A model generated the notes under the pieces. It made no database searches, was not told the origin of the DNA, and saw nothing but the letters and a program-made list of their open reading frames with translations. The position numbers and the translations under genes were made by a program. A stretch of 64,000 bases of DNA from a virus, in the IMG/VR virus record IMGVR_UViG_3300017565_000003; one strand, written 5' to 3'. Every line of letters starts with the position of its first letter. The stretch's first letter is position 1. Below are positions 19,675 through 30,900 of the stretch, piece by piece.

Positions 19675-19703
19675 AAAAAAGACATCTCATTAAGAGATGT
19701 CTT
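19675..19703 (-). terminator. intrinsic terminator
   Basis: AAGACATCTC-TTAAT-GAGATGTCTTTTTT. Confidence 0.75.
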
Positions 19704-19796
19704 CATGTCGTTCCTTCTTCCAAACTTGTATTCCTTGGTCAATTCTCTAAGGTTAATTAATAACCAGTTTACAAGTGCTTCTACTCCGAATGTGAA

Positions 19797-19991
19797 TTAT
19801 TCAAAAAGAGCATATTCTTTATCTATCTGTTTTTCTATATACCATCTGTAGTTATTGTCATTCTTTTTGTCATACCAAGTGCAAGGAAAATCTTCTCCAG
19901 ATATTTCTTTAGCTTTTTGTTCATCAAGTGTCACAAAAATTACATCATATTCATCAAAAGATTCTCGTTCCCAAACAAGATAAATTTTCAT
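19797..19991 (-). CDS. hypothetical protein
   Basis: MKIYLVWE start after GGAGG. Confidence 0.6.
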   Translation of the reverse strand: MKIYLVWERESFDEYDVIFVTLDEQKAKEISGEDFPCTWYDKKNDNNYRWYIEKQIDKEYALFE

Positions 19992-20004
19992 AATTAACCT
20001 CCGA

Positions 20005-22854
20005 CTATGCATTCAGCTCAGGTAAATTGTTACCGAAACTATCTCCACCTAATGAGATATACCCACTTAATCTTCCAGATTCTAAAGGTGCATCTTTTTT
20101 AATGATATTAGTCTTTCCTAACGTTTTTGACCAAACGACGTTATTGTAAAAGCTAAACACTGTATCTCTTGCATCATCTGCATTACCGCCTGGTCTGTGG
20201 TTCGCATCTTGAAGAGACAATGCTTCACCATCATCCGTAACAATATGACAATTTTTCACGATTAATTGTTGGTTAGTTGCTCCACTTAACTGATAATTGT
20301 GTGCATACAGAGAACCGTTCATGTGTTTAGTAAATCCATCATCAAATACCCTCTTAATCAACTCACAGTCTTCTAAAATAACCTTTTGTTGATCTCTTAA
20401 TCCAATCCCAATCGCAGCGTGTTGGTGGGATTCCAACAAACAATTTTTAATTAACAGATCCCCAGCAGGAGAATTGTTGTCCATGTGGATTGCATAAGAT
20501 GGAATAGTGTATGAATCTATTGTTGCTTTTTCGTGAGTTGATTTTATTGTCATATTCATAATGTGATTATTCATTCCGATGTTTAATGGAGGAGTATAAT
20601 AGTCACCACTATGATTAACTAATACACATGTTTTCTTATTTACACCTACTATTGAAATGTATCGACCAAGTAAATCGATGCTTTCTTCGTAAGTTCCTGG
20701 CATAACTAAGACTGTCACAGGGTTATCAACATTGTCATTCGCATTGTTCACAGCTTCTAAAATTGTAGGATAATCACCGTTTTCTTTTGCCACTACAATA
20801 ATGTTTTTGTAGCTGCTTCCGGTAGCTAAACCTAAAACCTGTTCTTTATAGATTTGTGGCAGTCCACTTTGAAACTCTGTTTCAGTACTTCCTTTTTCTA
20901 ATTGAAATTTATCCACTTTTGCAGAGGTTATTGTAAACCTTGCGTAACGACAGTTTGAAGGTGTAGTGAAGGTTTTAGTCCCATCTGGCACACCACTAAT
21001 ATACATTTTATTGACATCGTAATAAGCGAATTGCTTATCTTCGTTTTTGGTATATGCTGTACTTGGTTCAAGCTCTATAAAATCTGAAGCATAAAAACCC
21101 TCGATATTACCAGAAAGATTTCCATGTGTATAAGGAATATATCTATTCTTAATAGCTTTTAATTTGTTGAATAGATTTTTTGTTTTAATGTCAGATTGGA
21201 CTGGAGTAAATTCAAGACCAATAATTCTAGAAGATTCTAGTTTAGGTGTGCCACTTTCATAAGAAGTAGCAGAAGACCCTAGTTCTAATTGTAATGTCTC
21301 TAAACCACTTAATAAAAAACTTACTCTTACAAACGCGGCATTTGCAGGTGTAGTAAAAGCATTCGTAGCATCCACTCCACTGATAAATACTTTATTACTA
21401 TCATAAAATGCTTTTTGTGAATTAACAGTGAAATAGTACTTTGTATTAGGAGCAACGGGTATATACTCACTAACTCCATAAGTGGCAAGTGCCTTTAATT
21501 GACCATCGGTATAACTAACATAATAACCTCTAGTTATATTTAGTTTATTAAATAAATTTTTATTTTTTGAAGTTGTCCCTTCTGGTACTTTAAATGCTAA
21601 CTTTTTAGCAGTAACAGCACCGTCAACAAATTTCACAGTTGTCAAACTATCGTCAGGAGGAACCGAATTAACCGGAGTATTGCCAGTCCATTGCTGCTTC
21701 ACTTCATCAGAGAAATATGTTTCATCAAGTAATCCATAATTTTTATTAATTTGCAACACGGAAATATCAGTAGTTGCTTTGTCCATTTTCTCTGTTTGTA
21801 TGGTAGTAATCTCATTCGATTTTTCTGCCAATTGCGAAGTAACTTTTGTTAATTCACTCTCAGTATTATTCAATTTTGTTGCATGATTACTCAATACTCC
21901 ACTGTGGTTTGATACAGTTGTTTGGATATCCGATTGAAGGGGAATTGACTCTGAAAAGTAGTCTACGATAACTTCTGTGCCAGCAGGAAGTCCTTCAGTA
22001 AAAGTTATACTTTGATTAGTGGTTTCTTCATAATTGTCAGGCCACTTTTGTGGAACTCCACCAATTGTAACTTTTGTTCTATATTGAAATTGATCGTACG
22101 TATATTGTAAATTAAATACTTTCTGACCTTCAGTTGCTTCAAAAACATCTCGATGTGTCGTAACTGTTCCCGTTCCGTCATTTCCTTTTCTAGCGACTAA
22201 AGACCAGTTAGGATCAGAAGGGGAGTCTGTCGGAGTGTTTCCTTTGGTTTGTCTCTTAGCCATATAAGAATTTCCATTTAGACTGACAATGTTGTTTTTC
22301 TTATAAGTCGTAGTGGTATTATAAGGTTCAACAAACTTAGTTTCATCTACAATAGCTTGAGTATTAGTAGCAGCAGTTTGAGCTGCATTTGCTTTTTCTT
22401 GTGCTAAATTTGCCTTCTCGTTAGCTAAAGTAGCTGCTGTGTTTGCTTCGTTTTTAGCGATTGAAGTAGAATCAGTTAATTGTTGTAAAACTTCTGTCAC
22501 TTCACCATTCTCATCTGTTTGTGTATATACTCGACTAGAAGGCATGAAAACAATTCCACGACCATAGAATTCGATTGTATAAGTTTTACCTTCATTTAAA
22601 TCATCAAATAGTAAAATCCCATTAGTCCAATCTACTAAAACGTCATCTTGAGAGGGAATTCCTTCACTTATAATATTTAAAGTGTCTGTCTCATTTTTAA
22701 TTGTTAGAGATTGAAATTTGTCTGGGATTTCTTTAAGTTGTATCTTATTGTTTCTTACTTTATCTACTTGATTTATCGGAAAATAAGGATCGTCTGAATT
22801 TCCCTTACGCATCCTATAAATTACTGGGTCTTGATAATTGTCAAGTATCGACAT
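20005..22854 (-). CDS. tail fibre/receptor-binding protein with a C-terminal pectin-lyase-like beta-helix
   Basis: N-terminal anchor, coiled coil, SQLAEK junction, two KNLFNK repeat modules, GDYPTI.EAV...V.PGTYEE beta-helix start; follows Dit and Tal. Confidence 0.8.
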   Translation of the reverse strand: MSILDNYQDPVIYRMRKGNSDDPYFPINQVDKVRNNKIQLKEIPDKFQSLTIKNETDTLNIISEGIPSQDDVLVDWTNGILLFDDLNEGKTYTIEFYGRGIVFMPSSRVYTQTDENGEVTEVLQQLTDSTSIAKNEANTAATLANEKANLAQEKANAAQTAATNTQAIVDETKFVEPYNTTTTYKKNNIVSLNGNSYMAKRQTKGNTPTDSPSDPNWSLVARKGNDGTGTVTTHRDVFEATEGQKVFNLQYTYDQFQYRTKVTIGGVPQKWPDNYEETTNQSITFTEGLPAGTEVIVDYFSESIPLQSDIQTTVSNHSGVLSNHATKLNNTESELTKVTSQLAEKSNEITTIQTEKMDKATTDISVLQINKNYGLLDETYFSDEVKQQWTGNTPVNSVPPDDSLTTVKFVDGAVTAKKLAFKVPEGTTSKNKNLFNKLNITRGYYVSYTDGQLKALATYGVSEYIPVAPNTKYYFTVNSQKAFYDSNKVFISGVDATNAFTTPANAAFVRVSFLLSGLETLQLELGSSATSYESGTPKLESSRIIGLEFTPVQSDIKTKNLFNKLKAIKNRYIPYTHGNLSGNIEGFYASDFIELEPSTAYTKNEDKQFAYYDVNKMYISGVPDGTKTFTTPSNCRYARFTITSAKVDKFQLEKGSTETEFQSGLPQIYKEQVLGLATGSSYKNIIVVAKENGDYPTILEAVNNANDNVDNPVTVLVMPGTYEESIDLLGRYISIVGVNKKTCVLVNHSGDYYTPPLNIGMNNHIMNMTIKSTHEKATIDSYTIPSYAIHMDNNSPAGDLLIKNCLLESHQHAAIGIGLRDQQKVILEDCELIKRVFDDGFTKHMNGSLYAHNYQLSGATNQQLIVKNCHIVTDDGEALSLQDANHRPGGNADDARDTVFSFYNNVVWSKTLGKTNIIKKDAPLESGRLSGYISLGGDSFGNNLPELNA

Positions 22855-22855
22855 A

Positions 22856-24064
22856 TTAATTGACCTCCTTTGAACTGCTTTTTCTTTTTACTAACCATTG
22901 TTCAAACTGAAACAAGGTGTTGTCTCCATAGCCATATATATATTGTGGAAAGAATCTTTATCTTTTGTGTGGCATTTATCACAAAGAGTTATACCATTGT
23001 TCACATTAATTCTTTTTTCTTTACACCAGTTGTACCCGTCTAAATGATGGGCGTTTAAATTTCCTCCTGAATCATCTCCACAACACTGACAAGTATAATT
23101 GTCACGTTGGTAAACTTTTAAACGCCATTCAGAGTATCCTGTCACATTTCTACCAATCTCTCTCTTCTTTTGTGAGAGTATGATTCCACCTAGAATGATT
23201 TTTTCCTCTATTTCTATCAATAAAACAATTTCTACATCTTCTTCCATTTATAAACGCATGTAGTTTTATTTTACTTTCATTACCACAGGCACAAATATAT
23301 CTAAGATTATCATTACTGGAAACATAAGTATCATTTAATAGAACACAGTTGTTTTCTTTAAATACTCTTTTTACAAATTCGATATCATATTTAAGGTTTG
23401 CATTTCTTAATTTTTCAGATCTACAATAACTACATCTATGTCCTCTCATAAAGTTTTCTAAATTTATTGTATCTTGGTTTCCACATTCACATAAGTAATC
23501 TAAGTTCTGACGTATATTTTTGTAATCATTGGATAGTAAAATGCAATCATTTTCCTTGAAAATTTTTCTGACTTCTTCAATTGACTTTCTTAAACGTTCA
23601 GCATTTTTTTGAATGGAGCACATTTTACATCCGTACCCTTTTAAAAGACTTTTAATGGTTAGTTTATCTTCATGTCCTTTGTTGCAAATATATCTATGAG
23701 GTATTTTGTACCCTAAATATTCCTCTTCTAATAGAATGTAATCTTTCTTTTCAAATTCCGTTTTTACTTCTTCGAAAGAATATTTGGTTCTCTTTTTAGC
23801 CCCTTTAATACTTTTACATTCCATGCAAGCATCGCTAGTTGAACCGTCTTTTTTTGATTTATTATATTCACGAAAAGCCTTAAGAATTTTGTTACCACAA
23901 AAATCACATATAACTTGTATTGAAATTGTAGAATTTGGTGAAAGATCGAAAATGTCTATTTCTAATTCACTGTGAATTTTAGTAAACTCATAACCTTTAT
24001 CGATTAATCGTTTTTTATTATTGTTATTCCATTTAATATTTACTTTTTGAGGTAATATTAACAT
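22856..24064 (-). pseudogene. HNH homing endonuclease broken by two compensating frameshifts
   Basis: N-terminal repeats in 23150..24064. The HNH core (WR..V..RD.YTCQCC...AHH...NGITLC..CH) is in another frame. The tail GYGDNT..QFEQW returns to the first frame and stops at 22856. Confidence 0.8.
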
Positions 24065-24113
24065 TTGAAAAACACTCCGTTTTTGAATAATTTATATATG
24101 AATGATAAAATTG

Positions 24114-24305
24114 TTAAAGATGGTCTTTGTGGTATTCCATAAAACTGTCGTAATTGCTAATTGCTTTTCTCAATTCGTCTGAATCATTAAATATAAAGAC
24201 ATTCATTTTGTGATTATGCTTGGATTTTTCCATTTTCTTTAAGGTAAAGCCCGATAAGGCTAGATAGCCTGCCACTTTCTGATTGAAAACAACTATTTTT
24301 TTCAA
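24114..24305 (-). CDS. DUF5659-like small protein
   Basis: VVFNQKVAGYL...GF.LK.MEKS...NVFIFN; paralog of 10884..11066. Confidence 0.7.
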   Translation of the reverse strand: MKKIVVFNQKVAGYLALSGFTLKKMEKSKHNHKMNVFIFNDSDELRKAISNYDSFMEYHKDHL

Positions 24306-24423
24306 TAAAGCAACCTCCTTACAAAAAATAAAAAAGTTTGTGAAATTTTAGTGTGTTAAAACCCTTATAAATAGTGAGTTTCACAAACTAATTCACAAAC
24401 TTTTTCTTAATAAAAGTCGTATT

Positions 24424-24633
24424 TTATATTAAATTTATTTTTAATAATTTTCCATCTTCAACCTTGAATAGTTCGGGTGTCATGGTTATATCTATATCAT
24501 CTGTTACAAAGAAATATTGATACTGTTTTTCAGGAATTATTCTTCTTCCAATCTCAGCTTCTAAGAATTGACCTGTTTCACTTACGTTACAAAACACTAA
24601 TATAGGGGAAGGGGAGTAGATGACATCAGACAT
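24424..24633 (-). CDS. small tail/baseplate-associated protein
   Basis: Directly follows Tal; MSDVIY start after GGAGGG. Confidence 0.6.
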   Translation of the reverse strand: MSDVIYSPSPILVFCNVSETGQFLEAEIGRRIIPEKQYQYFFVTDDIDITMTPELFKVEDGKLLKINLI

Positions 24634-24635
24634 AA

Positions 24636-27206
24636 TTATCCCTCCTGCCAAATTCTAATTATACGAGCATAAGCATTTATTTCACTTGTAGCTGCCCTCA
24701 ATCGAACATAAAATGCTTTTTGTGTTCCAGTGGGTGTTCCTAAATCAATTGTAAGTATTTCACCATGAGTTGCACTTGAGCTACCTTGATTGGTAAATGT
24801 TTTAGTCATCAGGTAAGTTTCAAATTCTGACTCCATAACATAGAAATTACCAGCGTAATTATAAGAATTAGAAGATACATAGTATGCAACTTGCATTTTT
24901 AAATATCTGCCCTCATGTCTGTAGGTATAGAAATTCATATTCTTTGGCGATGTGGCGTTTGTTCTATAGTAAACACCGTCAATAGCTACCGATCCGTCTG
25001 TAGCTATAAAAGGAGGGTCATGAGGGAATACGCTAAAGTTTAAATTGGCATATCCATCATTAATTACATCAAACCCATCAGGTCTTTTAATAGTTATTTT
25101 CTTGGTGACAATCTGACCATTAGAATTAATTGAAAGATTATCTTCCCAAGTTACACCATTATCTGAACTTGTTGAAATTTTGATTCCCTCAGTGGCATTC
25201 ATTGATACTTTTACGGTATTATCTGATTTTTTAACAGTCATTCCAGTTTCAGAATCAATAGATACTCCATTTTGCCCGCCTATAAGGTTAAAGGAAGATC
25301 CCTGGATAGTTGCTCCCTCTGAATCAAATGTAAACTTGCCTGATTCATTCTCAATAATTAAATTTACACCTGCTATAATTTTACCCATTAGACGTTCTGC
25401 AACAATTCCATCAGGTAGAATGGCAGTTTGCCAATCTTGCCCTCCATTTTTACTTAGGGCTAGACAACCAGCTTGGATTATAAGTATATCGTTTGGATAC
25501 TTAGGATTTGTAATCAGAATCCCTCTTTCATTTATCTGAACAGACTCATCTGCACCTGCAATAATCCTTCTTTTTGTCGCATCCCACGTATTATTGATAA
25601 TATCATTAACTTCACCTAAATCGGTGACAGTTTTATTCCACTTATACTTATTCATTTCAACAGATGTAGAAGTGGAGTATGTCTTTTTGAACATTTCCAA
25701 CTCAGGATCTTTTTTCTTAATTTCTCGGATGTCTTTAATCGTTAAACTGATTTCACCATTACTGTAAGATATATCCGAAATTAAAGCTCTAATATTGATA
25801 CCTAAAATTTCATGATAGATGATTACAGAGTCAGACAAGTACAGTTTATCCCAATTCCTCTGTTCTTCAAGCAACTCTAAGAAATTAACAATATCAATAT
25901 CTATTGTAACTTTAGGTTTACGTATCTCTTCAAATTTAAGTTTAGCGTCATCGTATAATTCTTGAATAACTTCATATGAACTATCAGTCCAATTACGCTC
26001 AATAATATATTGGTTACGTTCTTGAATGAGAGTAGGGGAGAAGTTGTTTTCAATAGATAAAGTTGATTTTAATGCAGCAATGTTAGTAGCAACTGTAGAA
26101 ATATTACTTTCAACAGTATCAATTTCACTTTGCTTTGTATTAACTTCAACTTGTTTAGCGCTTAATCTAGTATTTATCTCAGCAGTAGGATCATCATTGG
26201 CCTTAGCAATATCCAACTCATCTTGAATAACTTTCAATTCAGTATTAAGAGTAGCAAGTTCAGCTTCTTTAGTTGCCAATTGTTCATTATAAGTTTTCAA
26301 GTTTGTAAGATAAGTTTGAAATTCACCACTTTTAGATTCTACTAATTCTTCATAGTCTAGGATTGCATGACACAAATCCTCAGACATATAATCACTTTTC
26401 TTAATAGTATTCTTATTCTCATCACGTTCAAAAGGGAAGAGGAAGTAGTTAAAAGATTCAATGTAGTTAGAACCAGTTGGATTAACTGTTTGAATGGATA
26501 CTCCATCTTTGCCAAATACTTTTAATCTAGTAACCATTTCCTCAGCCGAACTCGTTTTATTAACTGATTTAAGATACTTACCGTAAGAGAAACGTAGACC
26601 TCTGTTTATTCCCAGTTGGTCAGGATGTCCTAAGTTGACTCGTCTATTTTCAGTATCAAAAGTAACCATGACACCGAACGTATCAGCAATTTGACTAACA
26701 AAGTCTAAAACAGAAATGTCAGATACATCAAATGATCTATATTTACTTGTTATCTCATTATAGATTGTTCCAACACTCCAAATTGTATCAGAAAGAGCAT
26801 CTTCTAATATTTGAGAAGGGGAGTATGAGGTTACACTTAATGAACCAATTAATTTATCACTTAATTCATACTCTAGTGATTTAGCAGATACTTGCTTAGA
26901 ATCTCCTTCACTTCCTGAAGAGTCGCTTAATTCTGTTATCATGTACCATTGGGAAACATTATTCCATTGAAGTTTAATTAGAAATCTTTCTCTTAATTCT
27001 TCAACTACTTTACTTTTAACTAATTCATGTTCACGTTCGACAAAGTAGGGGACTTGAAAAGATAAAGTTGATAAGTCACTTAGTGAGAAATTAAATGATT
27101 CATCTGAGAAGTCTACAATATTACGTATCTTTTCACGGTTAGGTTTATGTAGAGATAGTTTTAATTTCTTAGGCTTCTTTGATAGTGAAATAGAATGAAG
27201 CAACAA
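24636..27206 (-). CDS. tail spike/baseplate hub (Tal, Prophage_tail family; YomG-like)
   Basis: Follows Dit; YGKYLKS...VTRL.VFG, NPTG..YIE.F.YF, G....TAI..DGI.AERL.G. Confidence 0.82.
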   Translation of the reverse strand: MLLHSISLSKKPKKLKLSLHKPNREKIRNIVDFSDESFNFSLSDLSTLSFQVPYFVEREHELVKSKVVEELRERFLIKLQWNNVSQWYMITELSDSSGSEGDSKQVSAKSLEYELSDKLIGSLSVTSYSPSQILEDALSDTIWSVGTIYNEITSKYRSFDVSDISVLDFVSQIADTFGVMVTFDTENRRVNLGHPDQLGINRGLRFSYGKYLKSVNKTSSAEEMVTRLKVFGKDGVSIQTVNPTGSNYIESFNYFLFPFERDENKNTIKKSDYMSEDLCHAILDYEELVESKSGEFQTYLTNLKTYNEQLATKEAELATLNTELKVIQDELDIAKANDDPTAEINTRLSAKQVEVNTKQSEIDTVESNISTVATNIAALKSTLSIENNFSPTLIQERNQYIIERNWTDSSYEVIQELYDDAKLKFEEIRKPKVTIDIDIVNFLELLEEQRNWDKLYLSDSVIIYHEILGINIRALISDISYSNGEISLTIKDIREIKKKDPELEMFKKTYSTSTSVEMNKYKWNKTVTDLGEVNDIINNTWDATKRRIIAGADESVQINERGILITNPKYPNDILIIQAGCLALSKNGGQDWQTAILPDGIVAERLMGKIIAGVNLIIENESGKFTFDSEGATIQGSSFNLIGGQNGVSIDSETGMTVKKSDNTVKVSMNATEGIKISTSSDNGVTWEDNLSINSNGQIVTKKITIKRPDGFDVINDGYANLNFSVFPHDPPFIATDGSVAIDGVYYRTNATSPKNMNFYTYRHEGRYLKMQVAYYVSSNSYNYAGNFYVMESEFETYLMTKTFTNQGSSSATHGEILTIDLGTPTGTQKAFYVRLRAATSEINAYARIIRIWQEG

Positions 27207-27218
27207 AAAACCTCCTTT

Positions 27219-27986
27219 CTAAATGATAAACTCATATTTGAATTGAATCTTACATTTACCTTTTAGATTAATTTTATTTACACCTCTTGGAATGGAAAGG
27301 AAGACATCGTTCGAATTGTCATACAAATAGCGACCAACTATGTCAGTTTCAATTTCTTGGTTTTCACAATCAATTTTAATTTTCTCATCAGCATATAGTC
27401 CTGATATTTCTAACATTTCTCCACCATTAGATAAATTTGTGATTGATATATCTGTATCAGATGTACATTCTATAAAGATAAGGGGAGAGCATTCTTCGTC
27501 TCCATTATTAGTGAAATCAATAATTGTACCTTGAATTGGATTGTTAGATAAATCATAGATTTCACTTGTGTAAACAGGGGAGAAGGCATAAGGGGCATTA
27601 CACTTCATTTCAATTTGAACATATCCCTCTTCAATTCCATTATGTAAAGATCGTGCAGAACCTTGATACATTGCGTAATAAATACGTCCACCGTTATTTT
27701 CAAACCAAAGAGGTTTATAATACTTCTGGTTAATCCATCTTGCAACTTGTCGAACCTTTTCATCAGACATACCTTTTTCAAACCATAGAGAAAGAGGGAT
27801 CACTAATGTGTCCCTCTCAATGTCTTTAAAATATGGTTTATCTCGACCTCTTATTTTCTCTTCATTGATTGTCCGGTCAGCCAGGAAGTGTTCTTCAAAT
27901 AATCCTGAGTCCGTTGAAACTTGAAGTACACCCATGTCTCTACTTTTAATATTGTCGTACATAAAATGCAAGGAGTCTCTTATCAT
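27219..27986 (-). CDS. distal tail protein (Dit; YomH-like)
   Basis: Follows the tape measure; YKPL.F, C.APYAFS, N.GD....P, F..I.RG.N. Confidence 0.85.
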   Translation of the reverse strand: MIRDSLHFMYDNIKSRDMGVLQVSTDSGLFEEHFLADRTINEEKIRGRDKPYFKDIERDTLVIPLSLWFEKGMSDEKVRQVARWINQKYYKPLWFENNGGRIYYAMYQGSARSLHNGIEEGYVQIEMKCNAPYAFSPVYTSEIYDLSNNPIQGTIIDFTNNGDEECSPLIFIECTSDTDISITNLSNGGEMLEISGLYADEKIKIDCENQEIETDIVGRYLYDNSNDVFLSIPRGVNKINLKGKCKIQFKYEFII

Positions 27987-30900
27987 ACGTTAAATACCAC
28001 CCCTTTGTTTCTAAGTTTATCTCCTAAGCCTTTCAAGAACTCATCTGCACCTTTTTGACCACCGGTTACTTTATCGATGGATACATTTAAAGTGACATTA
28101 TTTGTTGGTTGCTGAGTTGAAGAGGAATTGTTAAGTTTAGGTATTTGGAATTTAGGAATCATATTGGCGAAAGAGCGAGTAATCTCAATAGCTTTAAGGA
28201 AGTTACTAGTATCAGACTTATTTAAAACAAGCTCCTTTTCGTGAAGCATGGCTAATTTACCTTGACTACTACTGCCGAAAGCACCAGTATAACCTCCAGT
28301 ATCAAATGAAGACATTTTCAAGTCAATATCTTCAGCTTTAACCCATAAATCACCACTACCTAGCTTATACATCCCACCATTTGCACTAGAGTAACCTGTG
28401 ATTCCATAGGATTCTCCAGTTGACAACCTTCTTTTATATACCCAATTCCCTTTATTGTCACGAGTTAAAAGATTGGTATCATTTTTAATAACTGCTCTTT
28501 GTTGGAATTGATCGTTAGCCTCAGCTAGTGCAGAACGTGCTTTACCAATGCTGTCTATGAATGTTGTAGCAATTGTTTCACCTAGATATTTCATGTTGTT
28601 TGCTGCATTCTGAGCAAAGTATTTCAGATCCTTGGATATAGCATCAAAGTTACCTACTAGTATGTCTTTCCTAATTTGAGCAAATTTACGTTCATCATTA
28701 AGAAATTTTTCATAGTAGTCGTTAACTTCTTCACGTTCTTTCTCTAATCGATCACGTTCGGACTCCAAGCTATTATCCAGTTCTTCTCTTCTAATGTCAT
28801 ACTCTCTATCATCAAAGAAGTCTTGTAAGTCTTTTTCTCGATCAGTTAATTCTTTTTGTATTTCAGCAAGACGAGCACGAGCCTCTCTAGAATCATCCAT
28901 ACTTAACAAATCACGCTCTTCTTTTAGCATGGCAATTTCTTCTTGGCGATCATCTAAGTCATTTTGATAAGCTTTTTCTTCACGCTCTTTTTCCATCATT
29001 TTGAGTTTTTCATCATGAGCTTTTTCATACGCTTTTAACTCATCATCAATTGCCTGTAGAGCTGCGTCACGCTGTTTCTCATAGGCTTCTTTATACAGTT
29101 CAACAATTTCATCACCAAGAGTTTCATAGGCTGTACGGAAGTCGTTATTTAAACTTGCTATATTTTGCTTAATAGAATAATACTGAGAATTAGCTTCAGT
29201 TAACATATCTTCCAATTGGTCTTTTTGAGAAGCAGAGAGGTCTTTGTTGTATTTAATCTGATCTCTTAAATATTTAATTTGCTTATATTGCAATACCAAT
29301 TGTTGCTGAAGAATGTCCTGCTTTTTCATCATTTCATTATTCCATTCCTTAGATAATTCCTTTTGTCTAGAAATAGAATACTCTGCTAAATCAATACTAT
29401 CCTGTAATAAACTTTGTTCACGCTGGTAATTCTCAACACGAGAGTTGATCATGTCCATTTGTAGTTCCAAGAATGCTTGACGCATTTGCTGATACTGAGT
29501 ATTGGCCTCAGTCAGCATATCATTGAGTTGAAGCTTTTGTTCAGAAGTTAACGCCTTATTATATTTAATTTGTTGCATTAAGTAGTTAACTTGTTCTTTC
29601 TGAAGGTAAACTTGACGACTGGTAATTTTACGTCTGTCTTCCATTGCCTTAGCCCACTGTTTAGAACCTACAGATTCTTTTGTAATTTGCGCTTCAGCAG
29701 CAGCTAAGTTATCCTCTGTCAAAGATTGTTCACGTTGATAATAAGCGATGCGAGACTCAACTAAAGCCATTTGCAATTGTTGAATTTCAGCCTGAGCAGA
29801 CATAATGTCGTTGTATAGACCTTGTGAAGTTCCTCTAGCGTTATCTAACGCTTGTTGAGCATCAGCAGCAGAACTGCTTACACTTCCTCCGACAGATGAG
29901 AGTTGGTTCATATAAGCTTGAGGATCAATTGCTTTACCATTCTGTTCAATTTGAAGATGTAGGTGAGCACCAGTTGAACGCCCAGTGTTTCCGACCTTAC
30001 CTAAAGTTTGACCGGATGAAACAGTTTGACCTGCTTTGACGTTTAAACCTTTTTGTAAATGCATGTATTTTGCAACTGTACCATCATCTTGTTGGACAAC
30101 TACCCAATAACCAGCCGTTTTACTGTAAGCAGCAGTGATAACTTTCCCTGCACGTAATGACTTAACTGGATCGCCTTGCTTCCCATTTGCTAAGTCTAAA
30201 CCTTTGTGAGCAGATGAACGGAATGATTCTTGTTGTCCAAACTTAGATGTTGTTCGGAAATTGCTGTTGTAATAATCAACAACTGACTGAGATGCAGAAG
30301 AGAAAGTTGTAGCAATATTGGAAGCAGAGCCAGCCAATTTATTAAAATTACCCAAAACTTTATTTACGTAATTTTGTGTTTCTTTAAATGGGGGAATACC
30401 ACCGTATTTTCTAACATTTCCAGGGCCTGCATTATACGCTGCTAAAGCTTTGGACAAATCGTTACCAAAAGCTTTTAACTGTTGAGAGATATACTTTGTT
30501 CCACCCATGATATTTTGATAAGGGTCGAATGAGTTAGTGACACCTAATCCACTAGCAGTTCCTGGCATCAGTTGCATTAATCCTCTTGCCCCAGCAGATG
30601 AGACAGCTTTAGGATTGAATCCTGATTCTTGTTGAATAATAGCTGCAATTAAGAAAGGATTGACTCCGTATTTTTGAGCTGCTTGGTTGATATAAGATGC
30701 ATATTTACCGCCATAAGTGCCTGAAGTGGAAGATGATGAATAGTTACTGCCACTTGATGACGGTGAAACTGTTTGGACACCATATTGTGTAACATTGCCA
30801 GATTTAATTTGTTGATTAATCTCGTTACGTTGATCCTTGAGGACTTTAACCTTAGATTCTAGAAGTTTGATTTCGTCTTTAATTGATTGACGATACTTAC

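Noticed and set aside
22891-23247. Independent 118-aa HNH gene
   Set aside because: It is the out-of-frame segment of the 22856..24064 gene; its N- and C-termini are off-frame translations.
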